A stretch of DNA of 64,000 nucleotides from Dehalococcoidia bacterium (GTDB taxonomy: Bacteria; Chloroflexota; Dehalococcoidia; Lucifugimonadales; UBA1123). Position 1 is the first letter of the stretch. Every line of letters begins with the position of its first letter. The notes under the pieces are model-generated. The model had not been told where the DNA came from and ran no database searches. It was given only the letters and a program-made list of their open reading frames with translations. Location of the stretch: contig OZ242284.1 of assembly GCA_965207355.1 (NCBI GenBank), forward strand, positions 2,339,708 through 2,403,707, given 5' to 3'. This document shows positions 37,412 to 46,220 of the stretch, one piece after another. Position numbers and translations under genes: made by a program.

Positions 37412-38487
37412 AATACGCCCTCTTCACTCATGTCCCCTGGCCGCAAAACACTGATGCCGCCAAGCTGCTGTCCTACGCGGCGGACGAGGTTGTGCTGGCA
37501 GAAGAGCTCGGATTCAGCAGCGCATGGATAGCCGAGCACCACTTCACGCGCTACGGTGTGGGATCTTCCGCTATGGTCATAGCCGCCTACATAGCCGGAC
37601 GCACCGAGAGGATTAGACTCGGCACCGGCGTCCTGATACCCACGCTCCACAACCCGATACGTCTCGCCGAGGACACCGCCACGATGGACGCGATAAGTGG
37701 CGGTCGTCTCGACGTCGGCTTTGGTCGCGGTGTCTATGGATACGAATACAGCGGTTTCGGCGTTGACCCCGATACCAGCCAGGAACATTTCCAGGAGAGC
37801 GTCAATATCATCGAGGGCCTCTGGACGAACCCCGAGTTCTCGCACATCGGACAGTTCTACGACCTCAACAAAGTCAGCCTCGCTCCATTACCCGTACAGG
37901 GTCCTCACCCGCCGATATACATAGCCGCGACTCGCACGCCGGAGACGCTGGACTACTGCATATCGAAGGGACACAATCTGTGTATCGCCGTTGTCATGGA
38001 TACTGCGCCCGCGCTCGACCTGTTGCGCCGCTTCGTACAGAAGTCCGCCGAGGCCGGAACGAACAGACAGGCGTCCGAGGTCCCGTTCTTCAGGTATATT
38101 TACGTGGCCGAGACCAACGAGCAGGCCAGAAGGGACACAGCAGCCCATCTCGAATGGGTGCTGGACATGCTCTTCTGGCGCAACTGGTTCAAGGACGGCG
38201 GCAGCGAAATCCACCACGACATCGAGGAGTGGAGACGCACCCGCACCGAAACTCCCGTCGCGCTGGACTACGTCTTGGAAAACCGCGCCATCATAGGCGA
38301 TCCTGACTACTGCATCGCCCGTATCGAAGAACTCAAGCGCGCCGGCGTCGAATACCTCGGCGCAAACTTCGCCATGGGCGGCCTAGACCACAAGAAAGTT
38401 CTGCGCTCCATGGAGCTATTCGCCAAAGAGGTCATGCCGCATATCGGCCTGCCAGTCGAGGTCAGTAACGCCGCAGCGGACAGCTGA
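37408..38487 (+). CDS. LLM-class (luciferase-like) flavin-dependent oxidoreductase
   Basis: LGFSSAWIAEHHF and a TIM-barrel LLM pattern. ATGA overlap with the methyltransferase stop. Confidence 0.8.
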   Translation: MKYALFTHVPWPQNTDAAKLLSYAADEVVLAEELGFSSAWIAEHHFTRYGVGSSAMVIAAYIAGRTERIRLGTGVLIPTLHNPIRLAEDTATMDAISGGRLDVGFGRGVYGYEYSGFGVDPDTSQEHFQESVNIIEGLWTNPEFSHIGQFYDLNKVSLAPLPVQGPHPPIYIAATRTPETLDYCISKGHNLCIAVVMDTAPALDLLRRFVQKSAEAGTNRQASEVPFFRYIYVAETNEQARRDTAAHLEWVLDMLFWRNWFKDGGSEIHHDIEEWRRTRTETPVALDYVLENRAIIGDPDYCIARIEELKRAGVEYLGANFAMGGLDHKKVLRSMELFAKEVMPHIGLPVEVSNAAADS

Positions 38488-38558
38488 CTCCGGGTTAATC
38501 CGCGCCACATCCTGAACATCAACTCATCCGGTAAATCCTGATTCTGACATCTCAGGCT

Positions 38559-39149
38559 TCATCCGCCAAGCGCCGATCTGATCAGGTCTCCGGCAGACTG
38601 CCACAACCAGTTCATCCCGAACAGTATCGCAACAACCAGGATCAGGAGCGCGACTATTCTGAGCCGCCACCGCGCGGCCCTCTTGCGCCTTCCCCTGCTC
38701 CTCATACTGCGCCGGTGGTCCCAGGGCCTTGTCTGAGACTTGCCAGCCTTCCAGATTCCCAGCCGGCGTTTTCTGGCCCGTGCCTCCGCTTCATCTATAC
38801 CGTCCAGCTTCCCGTACCTCTGGTAGGAGTACGCCAGACCAGCAGCCACCATCATGTGATTCAGAGACTTCTTCCTGTTCCGCCGGTACACGACGCCGAC
38901 CACACGTCCATAGCGGTCGGAACTCACCGCGTCGAGGCGCAACGAACCACTCGAGATCCTTCGCATCTCATTCCTGGCGTCGGTTCCGTAGGGTTGGGAC
39001 AATTCGGGCGCGTCTATAGCATAGAGACGGACTGGAAACAGCTTCGGCTTCAGCATGAAGTTGAACCACCTGCGCCGCGCGACTACCAGCGAGTCCCCAT
39101 CTACTACCCTTGTTACGCGAACCTTGACTTTGTAACTCCTCAGAGACAA
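38559..39149 (-). CDS. Thermonuclease (SNase-like) family protein with C-terminal TM helix
   Basis: VDGDSLVV and VRLYAIDAPE motifs. C-terminal LRIVALLILVVAILFGMNWLW. Confidence 0.7.
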   Translation of the reverse strand: MSLRSYKVKVRVTRVVDGDSLVVARRRWFNFMLKPKLFPVRLYAIDAPELSQPYGTDARNEMRRISSGSLRLDAVSSDRYGRVVGVVYRRNRKKSLNHMMVAAGLAYSYQRYGKLDGIDEAEARARKRRLGIWKAGKSQTRPWDHRRSMRSRGRRKRAARWRLRIVALLILVVAILFGMNWLWQSAGDLIRSALGG

Positions 39150-39274
39150 TCCCTTGACCTACTCTGATTGTAGTCTGGGACAGGCATAGTAGAGCAGTTG
39201 TTTAGGAGGCATGGATTCGACAAGTTTTCACAGCCAGTAGCAACACCCGACTGACTGATGAGACGATTTCATAA

Positions 39275-39315
39275 GTCCCTTCCCCCTTGACGGGGGAAGG
39301 TTAGGATGGGCGTGA
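39275..39315 (+). repeat. Hairpin repeat family H1, GGGGGAAGG variant
   Basis: GTCCCTTCCCCC-TTGAC-GGGGGAAGGTTAGGATGGGCGTGA. Intergenic. Confidence 0.7.
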
Positions 39316-39337
39316 TCAAGTCCGACTGCATATTCGC

Positions 39338-40201
39338 TCATCCGCTTGGAGGAACCTGGATGAGGGCCAGCGCGTCCTGGAAGGATGGAGTAGTGTCATC
39401 GGGAGTCACCTTGCCAATGGCAACGTCCAGATGGCCGGTGCCGCTCGACACGAAGGTCCCCTCGACAGGAGAAGCGTGCGTGTAGTCCATGCCCAATGCG
39501 AACTTGATCAGGTCGGCATCCTTGGCCAGACGGTGACCTCTGGTGGGGTCTGCGGGAAGCCAACCGAGACTTGGGTGCAGGAATTCTATCCAGGCGTGGG
39601 TCTCACCCGCCTGGGCGGTAAGCAGCCCGCTAACATACCGGGTCGAAACCCCAAGGGATCGAAGAAGGGCTATCGCCAGGTGGGTCATATCCTGGCACAC
39701 GCCCTTCCGGGTTTCGAGAACGTGTTCGGCTGAGGTCGCGACCGAGGTGAGGCCTCTCTCATAGGTAATATTCGTGTAAACCCAGTCAACGATCGCTCCG
39801 ACAGTCTCCAGCAGGCCCTGGCAATTCCCGGCAATCTGTGTCGCGGCATCGGATACCCTTCCCGGCGTGACAAGAGGTGATGGAGCCAGAAACCCTCGGG
39901 CGGTGGCATCGTATTCGATGGATTTTAGAGACACGTCGCTGGGAGAAGGAGGGCTTTTCAGGAGCGCCTTTCCTATCGAGAGAATAGTCAGTTCTCGATG
40001 GGGAGAGGTCAGGCGCACATGGTGAGTCGGATTTCCGTAGCTGTCCCTGAAATCCATCGGTGTAGAAGGCGGTTCGGTGGTTATTGCAGACATGAGGGGC
40101 GTCTGGTAAGCATCGTGATACGCCGATATTCTCAGCAGATTGTCATTCTGGGTTACGGTATCCGTATATTTGTATCGGGCGGCGTAGGCGAAGCTTGGCA
40201 T
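39338..40201 (-). CDS. Transglutaminase-like family protein
   Basis: Catalytic Cys context GVCQDMTHLAIALLRSLGVSTRYVSG and His context HAWIEF. The N-terminal domain is like Bact_transglu_N. Confidence 0.75.
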   Translation of the reverse strand: MPSFAYAARYKYTDTVTQNDNLLRISAYHDAYQTPLMSAITTEPPSTPMDFRDSYGNPTHHVRLTSPHRELTILSIGKALLKSPPSPSDVSLKSIEYDATARGFLAPSPLVTPGRVSDAATQIAGNCQGLLETVGAIVDWVYTNITYERGLTSVATSAEHVLETRKGVCQDMTHLAIALLRSLGVSTRYVSGLLTAQAGETHAWIEFLHPSLGWLPADPTRGHRLAKDADLIKFALGMDYTHASPVEGTFVSSGTGHLDVAIGKVTPDDTTPSFQDALALIQVPPSG

Positions 40202-40373
40202 CTAATAGATCCGGGTTATTGTTGGCCACTTTCAGCAAGTGAATTGTAGATTCATGGAGTTTACACTCTTCAGTAACGAACAGGGACACATTAAGGCTGA
40301 TATTATACTGCTTACCGTCAATGGCTGAACGGACTTCGCCTCATTTTCCAAATCCGCATTCAGGGGGTATCAA

Positions 40374-40772
40374 ATGCCGAAATGGGAGGCCGATAACACA
40401 CACATAATCTACAGACGCTTTGAGGCCGGAGAGTCTCTTGTAGGCGGCCTGGAGACATTCGCCCTGGAGGAGGGGATCAAGGAGGCTGCGATAACGTCTT
40501 GCATTGGCAGTTTTCGTCAACTCCGATTGCGCAACCTTTGCAGACATGATGCCGAGGGTTTGCCGGAGTTCGAGAGGAGCGTCCTGGACGAGAATCTTGA
40601 GCTCGTGAGCGCGGAAGGGTACATCCAGCCACTGCCGGAAGGAGGCATCCGCGTTCATATCCATGTTGCAGCCGCGCGCCCGTCAGGTGAGATGGTCGGT
40701 GGTCACTGCGAGGAAGCGACAACTTATACCGGAGCCTTCATGTATCTCCACGTTCTGGACACTCAAGTGTAG
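40374..40772 (+). CDS. PPC/DUF296 domain protein
   Basis: 132 aa. IIYRRFEAGESLVGGLETFALEEGIKEAAITSCIGSF...GGIRVHIHVAAA fits my memory of the DUF296 pattern. Confidence 0.5.
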   Translation: MPKWEADNTHIIYRRFEAGESLVGGLETFALEEGIKEAAITSCIGSFRQLRLRNLCRHDAEGLPEFERSVLDENLELVSAEGYIQPLPEGGIRVHIHVAAARPSGEMVGGHCEEATTYTGAFMYLHVLDTQV

Positions 40773-40949
40773 CCAATCGAACGTCTTTGACACCCCGTCG
40801 CGCTTGGGCTTACAATCGCGTGGCTTACGTTCCAACTTCACTTGGATCCGGCGTATATGTGCGTGAGCGCCGAGCAGAGGTCGGACAAGAGTCACGCCAT
40901 ACAGAAAGTGCGCCGAAGGGGAAGTCCCACCCCCGCCGAAGGAGCCCAT

Positions 40950-42146
40950 ATGGACTATTCAGACTTGTTCACAAGAAATCTTCCCGCGGAGGTGGAAAGC
41001 CCACCCGGTCAAGCCGAAGACACGAAATACATTTTCTCTGTGACTTACACGGACCGCGACACCATGCCGGTGCAGGGTTTCGTGGACGCCCTGGCAGACA
41101 TAATGCCGCGTGAGGGAGTGGAACTCGCCAAGTACCCGCCACCACAGGGTCATGTGGGACTGCGCGAGTATATTGCCGCGGCTCTTCACGACAACAGGGG
41201 TATGGACGTGCCGGTGGACAACATCTTTCTGAGTTCAGGAGCGGGAGGCGCCGTCGGCACTATCCTGGACGCCCTGATCGATGAAGGCGACACCGTCCTG
41301 GTCGAGCAGTTCTGCTACTCAGGCACGCTGGGAATGCTGCTCGGCAAACGCGCGAACGTAATTCATCTGCCCACCGACGAGAACGGCATGGACACCGACG
41401 CGCTCGAACAGACCATTAAGGACCTCGCCGCCAAGGGCGTCAAGCCCAAGCTGATCTACACCATCAGCGTGTATCAGAACCCGATGGGCGTTACGTTGAG
41501 CGCCGACCGTCGCAAGCATATGGTGGACATATCCCAGCGATACGGAATCCCGATACTGGAAAACGAGTCCTATGCCGACTTCAGAATCGATGGCGATCCT
41601 CTGCCCCAGGCTATGTACGGCATGGACAACGAGGATGGCATCATGCACGTCTCCGCCTATACCAAGCTGCTTGGATGCGGGCTGCGACTAGGTTTCGGCG
41701 TTGTGCCTGACGAGGTGAAAGACGTCGTGGGAAGACTCCGATTCGGCACGTCCCCGAGCCACCTTACTTCGATGGCAATTTACGAATACCTGCGACAGAA
41801 CGGCGACGAGTACATCGAGTCGGTCGCCCGGTCCCTGGGCGCCAAACGCGACGCCATGCTGGCTGCGCTCGGCGAGCGATTCCCTCCAAACTGCGAGTGG
41901 AGCAATCCGCACGGTGGGATGATGCTCTGGGGCAAACTGCCCGAGGGCGCGAACACCTGGGACACACTCGAAAAGGCTGTCGAAGCTGGCGTCAAGTACA
42001 ATCCCGGCGCCGTCTATCGAGCCAACAGGTCGCCGAATAATTATATGCGCCTGACTTACAGCTACCACGATACCGACGAGATAGCCGACGGCATAGCTAT
42101 ACTAGCCGACGTATTCGAGCGCGAGGGCCTGTTCGACAACGCTTGA
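40950..42146 (+). CDS. PLP-dependent aminotransferase, class I/II fold (2-aminoadipate/aromatic type)
   Basis: ATG 40950 has a GAAGGAG RBS. YQNPMGVT and the PLP-Lys context SAYTKLLGCGLRLGF. Confidence 0.8.
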   Translation: MDYSDLFTRNLPAEVESPPGQAEDTKYIFSVTYTDRDTMPVQGFVDALADIMPREGVELAKYPPPQGHVGLREYIAAALHDNRGMDVPVDNIFLSSGAGGAVGTILDALIDEGDTVLVEQFCYSGTLGMLLGKRANVIHLPTDENGMDTDALEQTIKDLAAKGVKPKLIYTISVYQNPMGVTLSADRRKHMVDISQRYGIPILENESYADFRIDGDPLPQAMYGMDNEDGIMHVSAYTKLLGCGLRLGFGVVPDEVKDVVGRLRFGTSPSHLTSMAIYEYLRQNGDEYIESVARSLGAKRDAMLAALGERFPPNCEWSNPHGGMMLWGKLPEGANTWDTLEKAVEAGVKYNPGAVYRANRSPNNYMRLTYSYHDTDEIADGIAILADVFEREGLFDNA

Positions 42147-42164
42147 CCCCAAACTGTTGAAAAA

Positions 42165-42198
42165 TCCCCTCTCCATTGATGGGAGAGGGTGAGGGTGA
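42165..42198 (+). repeat. Hairpin repeat family H1
   Basis: TCCCCTCTCC-ATTGAT-GGGAGAGGGTGAGGGTGA. Confidence 0.7.
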
Positions 42199-42206
42199 GA
42201 TACCTA

Positions 42207-42248
42207 CCCCTCTCAGCCTTTGATGAGGGAAGGCTAGGATGAGGGTGA
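42207..42248 (+). repeat. Hairpin repeat family H1, variant, tandem to the previous copy
   Basis: CCCCTCTCAGCCTT-TGATGAGGG-AAGGCTAGGATGAGGGTGA. Confidence 0.65.
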
Positions 42249-42312
42249 ACCTCCCCGTAAGGTCATTGAGAACTAAAGACCAAAAACTGACAACTAACCA
42301 GGAGGAGTTCGT

Positions 42313-43521
42313 ATGCCGGAAGAGAATAAGTTCAGCTTCGAGAATCTGTATTCGAGGCGCGCGCCAGAAGGCCGTCCGAGAGTGAGTACGGTAAAACGGG
42401 GCAAGTATGACTTCGCGGTCGCATATCCTGATCCCAAGTCCATCCCGTTCGACGGCTTAGTAGAAGGTCTTCAGGATGCGCTTAGGGTCGAGGGTGAAGA
42501 TCTAGCCATATACGCTCATCCGCAGGGATACGCACCCCTCCGTGAATTCGTCGCTGACAAGCTCGCCAGAGACAGAAACATTCACGTTTCGCCCGACGAC
42601 ATCATACTGGGAGACGGATCAGGCCAACCCATTCATATGCTGATAGAAGTCCTGATTGATCCGGGCGACGTGGCTCTTGTGGAAGATTTTGTGTACAGCG
42701 GCACACTCGGTCAACTCCGGCGGTTCGGCGCGGACGTTCGCGGCGTCGAAACCGACAACGAGGGTATGCTGCCGGACGCTCTCGAAGGCGCAATAACGAA
42801 AGCAACATCGCAGGGCAAGCGTCCCAAGATGATCTACACCATTCCGACATATCAGAACCCGATGGGCTGGACGATGACCCTTGAACGCCGGAAGGCGATG
42901 GTCGAGATAGCCAACAGGCACGGAGTGCCTATTCTCGAAGACGACTGCTATGCGGACCTTCGACTGGATGGTGATGCTCAGCCGACCTCGATCCATTCGC
43001 TCGACGATTCAGACAGCACGATGTACGTGGCATCGTTCTCCAAGATCATAGCGCCCGGCATGAGGATCGGATACGTTACAGCCCCGTCCGCCGTGCTGGA
43101 CCGCGCGCTGGTTGCAAAGAGCGGCGGTTCTGCCAACACGTTCGCCTCTTACGCGATTCACCGCTATTCGACAGGCCAGCTCGACGCCCACATTGAGGAG
43201 ATCAATGACGTACAGCGGGCCAAGCGCGACGCCATGCTCGCCGCCCTCGGCGAAAACTTCGGCGACCGCGCCGAGTGGAGCAAGCCCAACGGCGGACTGT
43301 TCGTCTGGCTCAAGCTGCCCGACGGAAGCGACATCACCTCTATCCGCGACGACGTTCTGGACAAGTACGACGTCGGCTATCACGGCGGAGTCAACTTCGC
43401 CCCAGATGGCACATCAGGCAAGAACTACGCCCGCCTCTGCTACGGCTTCAATTCTCCCGAGGAGATTCACGAAGGCATAGCGCAGCTAGCACAAGCATTC
43501 GAGAACGAAGGCGCGCTCTAG
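42313..43521 (+). CDS. PLP-dependent aminotransferase, paralogue of 40950..42146
   Basis: Collinear with the upstream paralogue. YQNPMGWT and PLP-Lys context SFSKIIAPGMRIGY. AGGAGG RBS. Confidence 0.8.
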   Translation: MPEENKFSFENLYSRRAPEGRPRVSTVKRGKYDFAVAYPDPKSIPFDGLVEGLQDALRVEGEDLAIYAHPQGYAPLREFVADKLARDRNIHVSPDDIILGDGSGQPIHMLIEVLIDPGDVALVEDFVYSGTLGQLRRFGADVRGVETDNEGMLPDALEGAITKATSQGKRPKMIYTIPTYQNPMGWTMTLERRKAMVEIANRHGVPILEDDCYADLRLDGDAQPTSIHSLDDSDSTMYVASFSKIIAPGMRIGYVTAPSAVLDRALVAKSGGSANTFASYAIHRYSTGQLDAHIEEINDVQRAKRDAMLAALGENFGDRAEWSKPNGGLFVWLKLPDGSDITSIRDDVLDKYDVGYHGGVNFAPDGTSGKNYARLCYGFNSPEEIHEGIAQLAQAFENEGAL

Positions 43522-43641
43522 CGATTTAGAAATAGTTGAAAATAGCCGGAGGCGGCCGGTATCCGCGCGTTCCTCTGACCGAATCAGGGGACGTAGAGGT
43601 GTGGGCCGCCTTCGGCTGTTAGCCACATCCGCTGACGATAC

Positions 43642-44466
43642 ATGCTTAACTTCCTGTTCTGGAACATCAATCGCAAACCCATCGCTCACCTCATAGCTCG
43701 ACTGGCTCGGGAACGGCGGGTAGATATCTTGGTTCTGGCTGAATGCGAAATTGACCCGATGACCCTGCTAATAGAATTAAATCGTAGCGGTCGCGGCAAC
43801 TTCTCCTTTTCGCCAGACTATTCTGAAAGGTTTTTGGTATATACTCGATTCAATCCCAACTGGTTACGGCCAATAGGCGACTACGATAGTCTTAGTGTTA
43901 GGCACCTAGTTCACCCGCCATACACTGATTTGATACTGGGTATAGTGCATCTACCCAGCAAATCGCATATGAGTGATGGCGATCAGTCAGATTTGGCGAT
44001 CAGGCTCAGAGAAAGGATCGAGAGGGTGGAAAGCGAACTCAGCCACTCACGAACCGTTCTATTCGGGGACTTCAATATGAATCCGTTCGAGAGGGGTATG
44101 GCAGGTTCAGAGTCCTTCCATTCGGTTATGGACAGAAGCACGGCGCGAGAAGAAAGTCGGATAGTTCAGGGTGAGCGTCGCAACTTTTTCTATAATCCGA
44201 TGTGGAGTCTGATGGGAGACGTATCTAAAGGGCCGCCAGGAACATACTACTACAGACAATCGGGAACTCTGAGTTACTTTTGGCACACAATTGACCAAGT
44301 ATTACTGCGTCCGGCACTGGTCGAGTGCTTCGACCCAGAAAGAATGACTGTGCTCACGGACGTCGAACATGATTCGTTACTCAGGGACAACGGACGCCCC
44401 GATACAATCAATGCATCGGACCATTTGCCAATTTTCTTTAGGCTGGAATTGCCACCGGAGGACTAA
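43642..44466 (+). CDS. Endonuclease/exonuclease/phosphatase (EEP) family protein
   Basis: The ordered EEP catalytic set is present: FWNIN (Asn), LAECE (Glu), GDFN (Asp/Asn), IDQV (Asp), SDHLP (Asp-His). No signal peptide. AT-rich codon usage. Confidence 0.75.
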   Translation: MLNFLFWNINRKPIAHLIARLARERRVDILVLAECEIDPMTLLIELNRSGRGNFSFSPDYSERFLVYTRFNPNWLRPIGDYDSLSVRHLVHPPYTDLILGIVHLPSKSHMSDGDQSDLAIRLRERIERVESELSHSRTVLFGDFNMNPFERGMAGSESFHSVMDRSTAREESRIVQGERRNFFYNPMWSLMGDVSKGPPGTYYYRQSGTLSYFWHTIDQVLLRPALVECFDPERMTVLTDVEHDSLLRDNGRPDTINASDHLPIFFRLELPPED

Positions 44467-44468
44467 GA

Positions 44469-44912
44469 ATGACAACGAAAAGTCTCTGGGGAGACATAGA
44501 TGTTGGGGCAGCGCCGCCCAGTCCTGTAGTGATTCTGCAGGGACAAGGAAGCAAACTCCAAGAGATTACGAGTGGACTACTTACTGCGAACGTTGAAAGG
44601 TCTCAGTCGGGTACCAGATTCAATGCTACTTTGGAAGTAGTGGCTCCGTACTTGTACAATTATCGGCTGGAGGTCCTGGAAATAAGTTACCCCCCTGAAG
44701 TCTTCCCAGTAACCGTTCGTGATCTCGTGTCGGATAAAACGAGAACTTCCGGTGGAATAAGTTATCAACTATGCGATACCGAGGAGCAATTCCTTCTGTT
44801 ACTTGGCGAAATACTAGGAGCTTCGAAGTTGCTCAGAATCCTGGCTGCACTTGTGTCTCATAGTCAAGCCGAACGTTCGGAGACACAGTCCAATACAATG
44901 ACGGCCTTTTAA
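44469..44912 (+). CDS. Hypothetical 147-aa protein coupled to the EEP gene
   Basis: Starts 2 nt after the EEP stop, with a GGAGGA RBS inside the end of the EEP gene. Same low GC. No motif recognised. Confidence 0.5.
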   Translation: MTTKSLWGDIDVGAAPPSPVVILQGQGSKLQEITSGLLTANVERSQSGTRFNATLEVVAPYLYNYRLEVLEISYPPEVFPVTVRDLVSDKTRTSGGISYQLCDTEEQFLLLLGEILGASKLLRILAALVSHSQAERSETQSNTMTAF

Positions 44913-44955
44913 TTCGTCAGGATTGGGATTCTCTTGGATGGAGGAGTAGATTACC

Positions 44956-45867
44956 ATGCGCATTTGCACATTTCTTCCGAGCGCGACCGAGATAGTCTAT
45001 ATGCTCGGCTTGGGTGACTCTCTCTACGGCGTGAGCCACGAATGCGACTTCCCCTCCGATGCCCTCGAAAAGCCGAAGGTCGTCCGCAGCCGGTTCGATC
45101 CCGACACTCTCAGCAGCAGCGAGATAGACAAGCTTGTCACCGAGATGATGATGCGCGGCGAGAACATCTACGAGGTGGACGTGGATACGCTGACCGAGGC
45201 CCGTCCTGACCTGGTCATCACTCAGCAGCTTTGCGAGGTGTGCGCCGTGTCGTTCGAAGATGTGCAGCAGGCAGTAGAGCGTCTCGACTCGCCTGCGAAC
45301 GTACTGTCCCTGGACCCCCATGGCATAGACGATGTTCTGACAGACATCATCCGGGTCGGGGTACACACGGGTAGAGACTCGCCCGCTCATCACGCCGTGT
45401 TCAACCTGCGAGCGCGGATTGACCTCGTGCGTCGTGCGGTCGCTAGGGCCGAGGATACGCCGTCGGTCGCCTGCATAGAGTGGCTGGACCCCGTTATAGC
45501 CGCCGGGCATTGGATACCCGAAATGGTCGAAATAGCGGGCGGTAAAGACGCGCTCGTCAGCCCGGGGTCCCCGTCTCCTCGCCTCGACATGAAGACGTTG
45601 ACCGATGCCGACCCCGATGTACTCATCCTGATGCCCTGCGGAATGAATGTGGCACAGGCGCGCGCCGAGTTCGACGCGCTGACCAATCAGGACGAGTGGC
45701 AGGGGATGTCAGCGTATCGGAATGGACGAGTTTACCTAGTGGACTCCGGCGCGCTGTTCAGTCGCAGCGGGCCACGCCTGGTGGACGGCTTGGAGATCAT
45801 GGCGCGGATACTCCACCCGGACCTGTTCGGTGATCCGGCGCCAGAAGAATTCTGCGTTAAGTTGTAG
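44956..45867 (+). CDS. BtuF-like (Peripla_BP_2, cobalamin/siderophore-type) binding protein without leader
   Basis: MRICTFLPSATEIVYMLGLGDSLYGVSHECDFP and ...RSGPRLVDGLEIMARILHP are typical of the leaderless cobalamin-binding-protein family. Confidence 0.65.
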   Translation: MRICTFLPSATEIVYMLGLGDSLYGVSHECDFPSDALEKPKVVRSRFDPDTLSSSEIDKLVTEMMMRGENIYEVDVDTLTEARPDLVITQQLCEVCAVSFEDVQQAVERLDSPANVLSLDPHGIDDVLTDIIRVGVHTGRDSPAHHAVFNLRARIDLVRRAVARAEDTPSVACIEWLDPVIAAGHWIPEMVEIAGGKDALVSPGSPSPRLDMKTLTDADPDVLILMPCGMNVAQARAEFDALTNQDEWQGMSAYRNGRVYLVDSGALFSRSGPRLVDGLEIMARILHPDLFGDPAPEEFCVKL

Positions 45868-45904
45868 AATTCTGAGACAATTGCAAGAGTCCCTTTCCGC
45901 TTAT

Positions 45905-46072
45905 TCGTCTTTCCCGCGAAAGGAGACCCTTGCATAACCACCGTCGTTCCCTCGAAAGAGGGAATCCAGGGGTGGGGCCGGGGTGTGCTCAGCTTGGGAT
46001 CGCCGACTCTCCTCACGAGCTTGGACCACCATATCCGAGTTACGCAAAGGTCTCCGAAAGCGGGAATCCATA
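45905..46072. repeat. Nested inverted-repeat element built from H2 hairpin units (TTCCCGC-GAAA-GCGGGAA type)
   Basis: Left arm TTCCCGCGAAAGGAGACCCTTGCATA (45911-45936). Right arm TACGCAAAGGTCTCCGAAAGCGGGAA (46041-46066); its reverse complement matches the left arm except for the inverted loop. The central hairpin TTCCCTC-GAAA-GAGGGAA (45947-45964) is perfect. Confidence 0.65.
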
Positions 46073-46220
46073 GATTGGCGGACTTGCGCTCTTGCGAATC
46101 CATTTATGCAAACCTCTCGTGCGCACTGATTTTTTGACCGACCTCTGACCCCGTGATAAAATTCGACCAGCGCCAGACGCCCGACTCATCCATACTGGGA
46201 ACTGCATTCCACGTCGGGGT

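Noticed and set aside
45732-46103. 123-aa minus-strand ORF between the BtuF-like gene and yebC
   Set aside because: It is composed of translated H2 hairpin repeats (WIPAFGDL, WIPSFEGTT, SPFAGKTN) and overlaps the end of the BtuF-like gene.
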